From Xylographa opegraphella (Eukaryota), in contig JALDZX010000020.1 of the NCBI GenBank assembly GCA_022813865.1, positions 1 through 64,000 of the forward strand: a stretch of DNA of 64,000 nt, read 5' to 3'. The translations under genes and the position numbers were made by a program. Shown in pieces: positions 23,793 to 34,145 of this stretch. How positions within the stretch are numbered: position 1 is the stretch's first letter; each line of letters starts with the position of its first letter. The notes beneath the pieces were generated by a model. It made no database searches. It was not told the DNA's origin and saw only the letters and a list, made by a program, of their open reading frames with translations.

Positions 23793-24701
23793 GACAAACC
23801 ATCATATTACAAGATATATATTCACTTTAATTTTTTTTCCCATGAGCGATATTTCGACATGGTGCACGCTGATCTCATGTTGGCAAGCCCTCTTTTCTCA
23901 AATATCATTCTCTCACGTCACATGCAAACAATTCAACAGGGTGGCTGAACCATATGTAATGGTACATGAAGGTACTGTTATTAATACCGCGATACGCTTG
24001 GTATAATCTCGTCTGTGGATCCCAATGCCTTCGTTCTCCTGTCTTCCCTACAACAATATCCGCAAAGGCCTGCCATGTGCAACCGTCGTCGAGATTTTGG
24101 TTTACATTGAGTATGCGCTGTACACTTCGCCGTATGTATTCATGCTGTACCATCGCTTCTGTGAGTAATGAGAAGGTCGCATTAATTCCATATTTCCTTG
24201 ATTCTGTCCAGAATCAAATTATTATCAAGGCTATCTTGGGAAACTTCCGGCTTTTTGCTTCCGACTAAGTCATCATGTGTCTGTAAATGTCTTAGAAATC
24301 GCTTTGCCATCTGCTTTCAGCTCTTACCTGCCTAAACCGGCGTGATACTCAAAAGGGGTTCTTTGTTCTTTGAAGTACTGCTGAAAACCACTCTTCTGTG
24401 GCAAACATACTGGATATAGTATAGATTTCCCACTGGCCATTCTGTTCCGTCTTAGTATAACGGAAAGGACTCTGCATTACAAAAGGAAATGCATTCAACA
24501 TCGACTAGGAGATTATCAAAGCATTCGTCACCGCAATTGGCTCCACAAGTCCTATCAAAGAGCGACGCTTACATACGAACAAAGCCTTCAGGGGATCTCT
24601 GTTTCCGGACTTGGACTTACACACAAGAGCTTTTTAAATCAGGCCATACCAACACTTTCAGCCTCCAACCTTCAACCTTTCTCGAGGACACGGCACCGAA
24701 G

Positions 24702-26345
24702 ATGAACCCTTTCAGTAATCTGTTCATGGCGGCGAAGCCATCTGGAACTTATCAGGTGCCAAGCGCTTCGAGCTCAGAGGGTGAAGAATGGGATTTGCAT
24801 GATGTTATTCTACAACCACTGGTAGGAGAGGACATGGTAGATACGACATCGGAGGACGAAGAGGGGGACTCTGATCAAGATTTTCCGATGGATTATGCAG
24901 AAGAATACATTGAGGATCTGTCTGGTGAAGGGGAAGCCTTCGTGGACGTGAAGAAGACTTCTCTCATGATCACTCCAATAAAACCGGCGAAAATTGCCTA
25001 CCCGACGCCTAAATCATTGCCCCGTGTGCGCGAGCATAGATCCCGTAGTCAAGCAGTTGCTCGAGTAGAATCTGAAACCGATCATGACGACCTACAGGGA
25101 TCGCCGGACGAAGACGCTTCTTTCATACCTGTTAAACAATTGAATGTTAACCTTACTCCTAAAACGCCCGTGGAGATGGTATTGAAACCAGTGGAGACGG
25201 AAGCCCAACGAGAATCCGAATCCTCCAGTCCAGAAAGTATTGATATGACGGCAATCAATCCCGTTAAGAACTGGGGGGAAAAACATGTCATATCTAGCGA
25301 TCGATTGACTATTAAGATCATTCCGAAAAAATCGACACGGAAATTATTAGGGCCAGGGAAAACAACAGCTCGGCAAGAAAACAAGCCCCCTAAACTGACT
25401 AACGTGACGTCCAGTGGTTCCCATTACGATGAGGAGTTCAAGGGGAACCCTGACCATACTGATTCATTTTCACCTATTGAGCAATCGAAGGTCAAAACCA
25501 CTCCGGATAAGCCTCCGAAGAAGGTACTAAATCCAAGAAAAACGATCTCTAAGAGAAAAGACAAACCCCCTATCGTGGACGATGTGACGACGAGCGGTTC
25601 CGACTCCGACGAGGATGTCAAGGGAAAACCTGACTATACTGATTCTTTCACACCTGCTGGTAAACCGAAGGTCAAGCTCACTTTAAATAAGCCGACGAAG
25701 AAGGTAGGGAAGCCACAGGAGACAAAAGCGAAGCAAAAGTACAACGCTCCTATCGTGAATGATGCAACGAGCGGTTCCGATGACGAGGACGAGTTCGAGG
25801 GAAAACCAAAGCACACTGATTCTTTCATATTTGACAGTCAATCAACCAAGACTACCACTCCGAAGAAGACAGCAAAGCGACCAGGTCGGCCAAAGAAGCT
25901 ACGGACACGTCAAAATGACTCCGATTCATCAGGCATAAAACCTGCCCCGGGACCCGTGGGTCGGCCTCGGGCTCGAGAGCCAACAACAGAATCCAGCCAG
26001 ACTTCACCCCAGAATGCTAGCTCTGGCCTCCCTGGGACTGCAGGGACACCCCCATTGGAAGAAGCTCTCTTTGCTCGGCGTTTGACGCGCAGCATGACTC
26101 GCCGCATTCGGAAGAACAACCTTCGATATGGCGAGAGTACGCCACGACGCGAAGGACTGACGGCGCTCACTTACGAAGGGAGAAGTGAGCTACCATCATT
26201 CCAAGATGCACGTGGGGGACCTGACAAGCGTTTCATTCATCTAAATCCCAAGTCACCTCGGTTTAAGGGACAGGGGATCCGCAAGGCCAAGTCGGGGACG
26301 AATCAGGGTCTTGAACGGCGGAAGCAGTGGATGAGAGTGTCGTAA
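24702..26345 (+). CDS. Lineage-specific-looking low-complexity protein: acidic N-terminus, ~60-aa internal repeats, AT-hook-like motifs, basic C-terminus
   Basis: 1.86-kb open frame (24489..26345) in moderate-GC DNA; likely start MNPF at 24702; in-frame 180-bp repeats; KRPGRPKK and VGRPRAR motifs. Confidence 0.65.
   Translation: MNPFSNLFMAAKPSGTYQVPSASSSEGEEWDLHDVILQPLVGEDMVDTTSEDEEGDSDQDFPMDYAEEYIEDLSGEGEAFVDVKKTSLMITPIKPAKIAYPTPKSLPRVREHRSRSQAVARVESETDHDDLQGSPDEDASFIPVKQLNVNLTPKTPVEMVLKPVETEAQRESESSSPESIDMTAINPVKNWGEKHVISSDRLTIKIIPKKSTRKLLGPGKTTARQENKPPKLTNVTSSGSHYDEEFKGNPDHTDSFSPIEQSKVKTTPDKPPKKVLNPRKTISKRKDKPPIVDDVTTSGSDSDEDVKGKPDYTDSFTPAGKPKVKLTLNKPTKKVGKPQETKAKQKYNAPIVNDATSGSDDEDEFEGKPKHTDSFIFDSQSTKTTTPKKTAKRPGRPKKLRTRQNDSDSSGIKPAPGPVGRPRAREPTTESSQTSPQNASSGLPGTAGTPPLEEALFARRLTRSMTRRIRKNNLRYGESTPRREGLTALTYEGRSELPSFQDARGGPDKRFIHLNPKSPRFKGQGIRKAKSGTNQGLERRKQWMRVS
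25300..25920 (+). repeat. Diverged ~180-bp coding tandem repeat (~3.5 copies)
   Basis: Sequences starting at 25381, 25561 and 25741 align (ACAAGCCCCCTA / ACAAACCCCCTA / ACAACGCTCCTA ... GGTTCC ... GAGGA ... ACTGATTC). Confidence 0.9.
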
Positions 26346-27386
26346 CTGGGAGAGTCCGACGCAGGAGAGGGAGGCAAGATAGCGGCGGAGACGGTGTCGA
26401 CAGGGACAGTGCCGACGGGGTGGAGGAGGACAACGGGGACGAACCCGATAAGGAAAGCGGTGAAGAAAACCATTGTAGAGGACGTCGACGACGACATAGA
26501 CACAAGCGAAAGTGAGAAGCTTCTCAAGCCACGGAGACGACCATATCAGCGTACGGGGTAGGTGGAAGGGATCGATTACGTTTTGTAGCATGTAGAGAAC
26601 AGCTATGTACAATGTCTTCTTGTCACGGTTTGTTGAATGATACTCCAGATTATATCATCCTCTCCAAATAATAATCATTGCGACTATGAAGCTTGGAGAA
26701 GCAGCTAGATGAATGACTGACCAGGTCCACGCAAAAGATATTGTAGACAAGAAGACGGAGAGTGCTTCCGGAACATCTTTGCTGTAGTCTAGCCACGAGG
26801 TATTGAAATAGGGCGGGCTCACCAAGTCAAAGAACGAATAGCAACAGCAGTGAACATTCCATAAGTTTATGCTTCCTGAGTCGGATTTGTTATGTCTTTA
26901 GCCTCTAAAAACCATCTGTCAGACCAGAGACAGAAATGAATGGTTCGCCAAAATTTGGACAGGAGGGCAAGAGAAGAAAGTGCGAGTTGGTGTTGCGTTT
27001 CTTACACAATTAGTTAGTTGCAGCGGCCAAAAGCGCTCGTGTCCAATGGCAGCGGTTCTTCAGCAGCGATTCTTGCCTGAGAACAGTTGGCTTATTACGT
27101 AGCCTCAAACGTTTTGTTGGCCCTACGGATCGCTGTGACAGTAGACTACACATATACACGTCCGACGCACCATCCATACTTCACACTTCATCGATCTTCT
27201 CTCGAAGCATCTGACAGCTTTCATATTCACCGGCCAGCGTCGCTATCATTCTGCTTACGCGTCACCGTATTCTCTGTGCACCGGACCACGTTTTCAGCAA
27301 CCAATTTCGACGTCGTGAAATAGGCACACAGCATTGGTCCCAACCTCAAAGGGCCAGCCTGCCAGAAGAGTGAGCCAGTGATCACC

Positions 27387-28298
27387 ATGATGGCCGGTGT
27401 CCAGATCTACACCGAAAGCCCCATCTCTCCAGCCAAAGCCACGACACCCGCCCCAAGAACGCCGTCCCCCTACGCTCCGTCCCTCCCAGAAGCTCCACGA
27501 ACCACCACCACATCCTCTCCCTCCACACCCTCCGCCTACACGCCCTCCTACCCCTCCGGTCTCCCGACGCCAACACAACCCGACTCCTCTCTTCCTACCA
27601 GCACCACCAACACACCGCCACCTCCCCAGCCCTCCTCGCTACCCACGCCCTTTGTCCCCAAATCACGCACACCCTCCCCACGTCGGGAAATACCACCTCC
27701 TCCAAAGGTCGGCGAGAAAGTTCAACCACCGTCGTACTACTCGCCCGCGCCGACACCCACTTACTTCGCTGCTCCGCAGCCCTTCGGCTTCGCTGCCACG
27801 CCCAGCGACCCACGTTCAGCTGGATTCTCCCAAACCCACACCTCCAACACCGTACCCAACACACCGTATGGCAACGGCTATGCCCCCGCCCCTTCGAACG
27901 GGCTACTCTCCCCACAATCGGCGCGTCTGCCCTACAACCAGCCCAGTTCCGCGAGCGCTTCGCCGGCCCAGACGCCCATCACGGCCGGCCGGCCCTCGTT
28001 CGAGCATCCGCCCGGATACGTGCAAAACCCGTATGCGGCCGACATGACGCCTGAGCAGCGGTTTGGCACAGCGCATAGCCCGCACTCGCCGACGCTGGGG
28101 TGGAACACGAGCGCGGTGGGGAAGAGCCCGGGATTGCTGGGAGGCTTAACGAGTCCGGTGGGGAATTTGGGCGGGATTCTGAACGGCGGAGCGGAGGAGG
28201 AGAGTGTGTGGGGAATGGTAGGCGGCTGGATGAGGGGGGTTGGGAAGAAGGTCGGCGAGGTGGAAGGGGAGGTCTGGAAGCGAATCAACGGTGACTGA
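27387..28298 (+). CDS. Pro/Ser/Thr-rich conserved hypothetical protein with an amphipathic C-terminal helix
   Basis: Open frame with motifs IYTESPI, FEHPPGYVQNPYA and C-terminal SVWGMVGGWMRGVGKKVGEVEGEVWKRINGD, typical of an uncharacterised Pezizomycotina family. Confidence 0.78.
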   Translation: MMAGVQIYTESPISPAKATTPAPRTPSPYAPSLPEAPRTTTTSSPSTPSAYTPSYPSGLPTPTQPDSSLPTSTTNTPPPPQPSSLPTPFVPKSRTPSPRREIPPPPKVGEKVQPPSYYSPAPTPTYFAAPQPFGFAATPSDPRSAGFSQTHTSNTVPNTPYGNGYAPAPSNGLLSPQSARLPYNQPSSASASPAQTPITAGRPSFEHPPGYVQNPYAADMTPEQRFGTAHSPHSPTLGWNTSAVGKSPGLLGGLTSPVGNLGGILNGGAEEESVWGMVGGWMRGVGKKVGEVEGEVWKRINGD

Positions 28299-29444
28299 GT
28301 GCCGACAAGACCTTGCGCCATGTATCTGGGGATGGGATTCAAGAGACAAAACATGATTTACTTTTCCGGCTCGATAACCTGCGCGCGAATGGCATGCCAT
28401 GCCATCGCGCCACTTACCACACTTGGACTCTATCGAGAGCACCATGATCTAAGATAGAATCGGCGGCGGCACTGTTGTTGGCGCTTTAGGACTACACTTC
28501 CATTATGTACAATTATCATGTATATAGCTCGACGGCGTTCGGGAAGATCCTTATCAAGCAAGTTTTCCGTTCCAGTCCTCGAAAATCACTTATCCCTATT
28601 CTCTCACCTGAACTCATCGAGATGTAATCCGAGCACGGGGAACACCTCCTCCGCAGCGAGCACCTTCCCGTGCCCAATGTTCCGGGAATCTTGTCTCCCC
28701 TGCCAAAGCTCCCTTTACCCAACCTTTACATACATCCACACCCTGTACCTACCTCAGTATACACAACCATGACTTACGATGGTCTTTCCCACACTCCGTC
28801 CCTTCCCGTCCCACATCTCCTCCCATTCCCCCTTCCACCACCACCACCGCACCAATACCCACCTCCCCACGCGTGTGTTGTGCGTGAAACGAAGAGAATA
28901 AACATGGGCTTAGCCACGGGGGGTTGGAAGCTGTGGGAGAGGGGGTGTGGCACGCGTGGTCCGAACAGGATAAGCGGCGAAGCATGCAGGCGTACTGGAT
29001 GCCGTTCGATATTTCTCCAAATGGAAGCATGGAGGGTACAGTAGCAACGCTACGAGGATGTAATTCTATCGGGTCAAATTTATGTGGCAGGCGAAATCAG
29101 ATCACAATAGTAACAAGGTAGAGCAAGGCAATACGAAACGTTTTATTAAAGTCGTGCACGTTCTTCGCTTTGCCACAACCGATCTATCGTTCATGCGCAG
29201 TGCGAAACCCTAGAAATGGCTGAAAACAAGCAGAGGAAGGGCACGCCACAGAAGTACATGCAAAACAGTTGTCCCGGTAGAGTACAGTAGTCGTCATTGA
29301 CCCACCAACCGCACCACCCTATGCATCACATCGCCCTCCCTCAGCTTCACAGTCTCTCTACGGTCACCGGTGCACGATTTTAGACAGCCACAAATCTGAT
29401 CCCCCACCCTCGAGAAGTTCTATGATTGAAAGCACGGAATCCGT

Positions 29445-31086
29445 TTAACCAGATCCTCCCGAGAATTTCTTGCCAAACATGAGAAGCTGAGCCTGGTCGT
29501 AGATTGAAAGCACACCAGCACCAGCGACACCACGGAGGATGTTTGCTCCGGCACCCTTGAAGAGAGATCGGACACCTTCCTTAGCGATGATCTGGCGACC
29601 AGCATCGAGGGTACCATTGTACTTAACAGCCTGTAAAGCTCAGTCAGTTCGGAAGGAAATCATCAGGCAATATTCGGGCCACTCACTTCGCCTGAGGTCA
29701 TCATCATACGTCTACGGATGGTATCGAGAGGGTAAGAGGCAATACCAGCACCAGTTGTGACAGTCCAGCCTAGCAAGAAGGAGGCCAGGAAGTTACCTTC
29801 GAGAGGACCAACAAGTAGGACGGGTTTGATTGAATCGTACATGCCAAAGTACAGACCACGATAGACAATGATACCAGCGACCGAGGGTGCGAAACCACGG
29901 TAGAGACCGGCAATACCATCAGTAGCAAGTGTCTTCTTGTAGACATCGACCAGGCCGTTGAATTGTCGCTCACCACCAGTCTTGGCATTCTTGTTGTCGT
30001 TGGCCAATCGAGTACGGGCGTAGTCAAGAGAATAGACGAATAGCAACGAGGTAGCACCGGCGGCCTAAACGAGTTAGCAAAGCTCGAATAATCACAAATC
30101 CGAAGCACTTACACCACCAGAAGCCAAGTTGCCCATCATCCACTTTGCATATCCGTCTCTCTCCTTCTTGTATGCGAACATCGACTTGTAGGTATCACGG
30201 AAGGCGAAGTTGAGAGCCTGGGTTGGGAAATACCGAATAACGTTGGCAGTGTTACCTCTCCATAGAGACGCGAAACCCTCGTTCTTAATCGTGCGGCGGA
30301 AACATTCACCAATACCGTCGTATTTGCGGTCGAGGCGACCGGTCTTGAGCATCTCATCCTAATTACAACATAATCGTTAGCTTGTTCTGATTGAGCTCGG
30401 GCCAGTCGTGAGAACAACTAGTCTCAGTCCACGATTAGTAGCAAGTCCAACAACGACTCGTGGATCTATCCGAATAGGGACTGATATCCGTATTTTGTAG
30501 AAAGCAGGAATATGACAATATAACAATCTTCCAGAAAGGCATAAATGACAATTTAATAGCTGACGAGATGATGCACAAAAGCAAGCGGCATACCTGATTT
30601 TGGATCAACAACTTGACACGCTCGATAGGAGCAGCGGCAGTTTTCGAGACGGCAGCAGAGACACCACCCACTAGGCATATTAATCAGTTATTGCTCTTAT
30701 CATTGATGATTTGGGAATATATATTCGGCGGATCGTGAAAGATCCAATCCACGGCAAATAGAGCGAGCGACGCCTGGGAATTATCAACGTACTCAGGAAA
30801 TCAACCACAAATCCCTATAAGAGATAAAGTTAGCCAAATAAAAGTAAAATCGATAATTAGCGTTCAGCTTCCAACGCGCGACGTCAACATCGAGGCACTA
30901 CAGCTCAGCACGAAGTGGTAAGGTCACAGCATTGACTTCATAGCTATGAGGCTCATTCGAATTGAGACAGATGAGGTAGTTATGCGACATAAGTTGCCGG
31001 CGAGGTGCAGACGATGAGATCTTGGTGAAGCTTACCGGCATGCCCATGAAGGACTTCTTCGCCTGAACGACTTCTCCTTCAACCAT
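29445..31086 (-). CDS. AAC: Mitochondrial ADP/ATP carrier (319 aa); exons 31086-31036, 30814-30793, 30670-30594, 30358-30113, 30064-29687, 29630-29445
   Basis: Signature RRRMMM, plus [18 protein letters not shown] and [21 protein letters not shown]. Five GT-AG introns give 960 coding nt. Confidence 0.97.
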
Positions 31087-31291
31087 CTTGACGATTGTGA
31101 TGCTTAATTACTAAGGTTGAAATAAAAAACAGAATTGAGGGGAGAGGGGAGTAGGGAATTGTCGATTAGTTCGACCTGGTGAGATGGCAACAGAGTAATG
31201 AGGTGAATGTATCTGCGATGTGAAAAACGAGAAGGAGGCCGCTAACAAATCTTGCTCGGCGACACCTGGTCCGTGCCCTTTACAATTTATC

Positions 31292-31333
31292 CCGGAGAAT
31301 CCCGATCCGGCTGTGTTAAGCCGCACTCCGCCG
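31292..31333 (-). promoter_or_regulatory. Two CCG-N7-CCG motifs (AcuK/AcuM- or AOD2/AOD5-type sites) upstream of AAC
   Basis: CCG-GAGAATC-CCG at 31292-31304 and CCG-CACTCCG-CCG at 31321-31333, ~205-250 bp upstream of the AAC ATG. CCAAT boxes also occur at ~31448, ~31564 and ~31593. Confidence 0.55.
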
Positions 31334-31630
31334 CGTAGGTACCTTATTCAACCGCAACTGAGCTGTAAGCCTCTACAAATCTCGAGTCTCGAAAGAACTA
31401 CAATTTTCATCTTCGCTTATATTCGATACTTCACTCTCTTCACTGCAATTGGACTACACGTGCACATCAAAGCAATGCACGTTATCTTTACGTGAGGGAG
31501 AATATGAGGGAGTCAGGTAGACATTAAATCCTGCGGTCCGTTGCATGGACCTGTGTCCTAGCCATTGGACCAGACTTACAAGAGGATCTCGACCAATGCG
31601 GTTTTTCATACATTCGCCAAGTTATTCCAG

Positions 31631-33738
31631 CTACCATGTGATGAAGCTGTAGCCTACGGCTACAGCTTCCTTGTTCTTTTTAGACCTCTTACGCTTTGCG
31701 CCCTTTGCCCTTTCCTCTTTCGTTGCGACTGCATCTTTGGGACTTCCACGATTATTTGCTGGAACCTGCTCTGCGAGGAGTTCTTGTAGGCTCTTTTGTG
31801 GACCTTGTTCGTTACCAAAAGTCTCTTTTCTCCATTGGCGCAGCCTTGCTTTTTTGCCAAGGTGCTTCTTATCCTTCTTTTTCTTATCAGCATCCCGAAA
31901 CGCTGCCATTTTCTTAAGCCCGGCATACTGATTTAGCTGGCCATCTGACGCCATAAGAATGTCGTGAGACGTCAAGCCGAAGGCCAACGGTGACGTTTCA
32001 CGATAGCGAAATGGACCACTTTTGGACTGCCTACTACCTGGGTTATTCAAAGCAAGGTCGATGTTGAGCTTTTCATCGACCAGCTGCTCTACTTTCCGGC
32101 GTTCCTGCCGGGACTCCTTCCTGAGTTCTTCTTTCCCGCGTTTGATGGACTTGCTTTTCTTGCTTGCTCTTTCCACTTCAGTATCCTCCAAATCTACTCC
32201 AGCGTTACTGGCCCCAATTTCGGAGTCGTCAGAGAGCGAAAATTTGACATCATTCGATTGCTCAGCATCAAAATCTGGGACCAAGTCCGTTATGTCGATG
32301 TCATCCTCCCACTTCGGCTTCTTGAGTTTCTTTTTCCGTTGAGAATGTTCTGCATCACTACCGTCATACTCTTCGGCTGCATAGTATCCGTCACCGAATC
32401 TCTTCTTCATTTCTGTTTCCCAGCGGTCGTTATCCCAATCCTCAGTGAGAAACTCTGACCAATCCTCTACGGTAAGAGCTTTACCACGTAATCCAGCGGC
32501 TTTCTTGATTTTATTGATCTTCTCGGTAGCTTCCTCGATTCTCAACTTTCGTAACTGCGCTTTTTCCTGCTCCCGATCTCGTTTGTGTGATTCTTTCTTA
32601 GCTTGCTCTGCTTCTCTAGCTCTCTTCCGGCTATTGGTAGCTTCTTTGCGGACGGAATATTTGGCTGCGGTATCTCGAGCAATTGTGAGAAGCTTTTCAT
32701 TGGAAGCTTCAGGATTTTCAAAACGCAGATTATAAGCCTCCTCGAAAGCCTCTGCACGCCGATCCTCCTCCTCGTCATCAGATTCGAAAGGTTGGAACTT
32801 GGTTTGGGTCGCCGGTACCCAGGCTCTAGATGACATAAAGTTTGAAAGGAAAGTCTCCGGATCTTTGTCGGCATCCTCCACGTTGGCAGAGCTTAGCTTG
32901 AACTTCAAAGGATCACCACTGGCTTTGTATAACGAGGGCTGCTTTCTGACTAAGAACTCAGTGCCGTTGTCACTACCATCGCTTGATGTCGAAGAGTTTT
33001 CCGAGTATAGCCCTTCAACAACTTCATGCATCTCCTTGATAATAGCATTCTTGAGTTGGTCTTGTTCTTGAGCGTAAGTGCGTGGAGGTGCATCATCGTC
33101 CTCGGGAGTGACATTCCCTCTGAGTAGGTTCTCTCGATGATAATCGGCCAGGTACATTGGTTTTTCCTTGCTCTTTGGTACGTTTTGGAGATCGACTTCT
33201 TCATCGTCATCGTCATCAGACTTGGAGTAGAACGTGACCTTCTCATCATAGACCCGTGGATCTTTCCTTCGAATTGCTTCCAGTGTTGCATTTACCTGAT
33301 CATCTAGTACACCTTTGGCAAGTATACCCTCATCGTCCTCTTCTTCGTCTGAAGAGGAGTCGCTTCCGCCACCATCAAAAAAGCCGTTTGATTTAGAGAT
33401 TTCATGATCAGTGTTGGCATAACTCTTCCCGTATTTTTCTTCTACTGAGATAGTATCAATACAGAAATACTGGTAGACCTCATCCTCATAGACATACAAC
33501 GATGAATCTCCGCTCTTCTTTGGTTGTGTTCGAAGCGGCGCGCATACTCCTCGTTGACTCTGAAGCCATTTTCCGTTACAGGCGCATGATCCAGCTTCAG
33601 CGCCACGCCACCCTTGACATCCGATGAGTTGCAATCATCAGAAGTATCATCGTCTAGAAGCAACTTTATTCGCTTTCGAGAGGACGCTTTAGGGTCTGCA
33701 GACGGCTCCCTAGAATGCTTGAGTTTGGCAGCTAGCAT
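31631..33738 (-). CDS. KRI1: KRI1 family 40S ribosome biogenesis protein (~684 aa); exons 33738-33498, 33444-31631
   Basis: FRVNEEYARRFEHNQRRAEIHR/LEEKYG across intron 33497-33445; AEAFEEAYNLRFE; C-terminal FRYRETSPLAFGLTSHDILMASDGQLNQYAGLKKMAAFR. Confidence 0.93.
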
Positions 33739-34145
33739 GCTTGAAGAGCAAATGTTAGCATCCTGGCTTGCGAGCAAGCGCGACGTGTGAAAGCCTACAC
33801 TTTTAAGATTTGTTCTAGCTCAAGAAAGAAGAGTTCCGGACTTTTTGATCAAAGCTGCGTCCTTTCGAACGTGGCATAATATTTCCAATTCAGCATTAGA
33901 AAATGTTCCGATGTTGAAGAGATCCTTGTCCCGCCGCTAGTGTAAAGGCCGGGGCTAAGTTGTAAAGTCCTGCCCAATGATGACGCTTGCGCTGGTAAGT
34001 TGGTATGCGCGTTCGATAATGTCGAGTATTGTTTCAAAGCTCTACGGGTACAATGCGTCATTCCTATACAGCTGTACGGAGGCATGCGATACCTTCGCCA
34101 ACATAAGGTTACGATAATCTGAATCTTGATTGTGGTCTTGTAAGG

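Noticed and set aside
25300..25920. CRISPR-like or satellite array
   Set aside because: Units are contiguous, diverged and in-frame coding, with no repeat-spacer structure; the context is eukaryotic.
30359..30593. Possible stwintron (nested intron) in AAC intron 3
   Set aside because: Removing the putative inner intron would create GTTGTT, a poor donor, and would not restore the QNQ-DEM frame.
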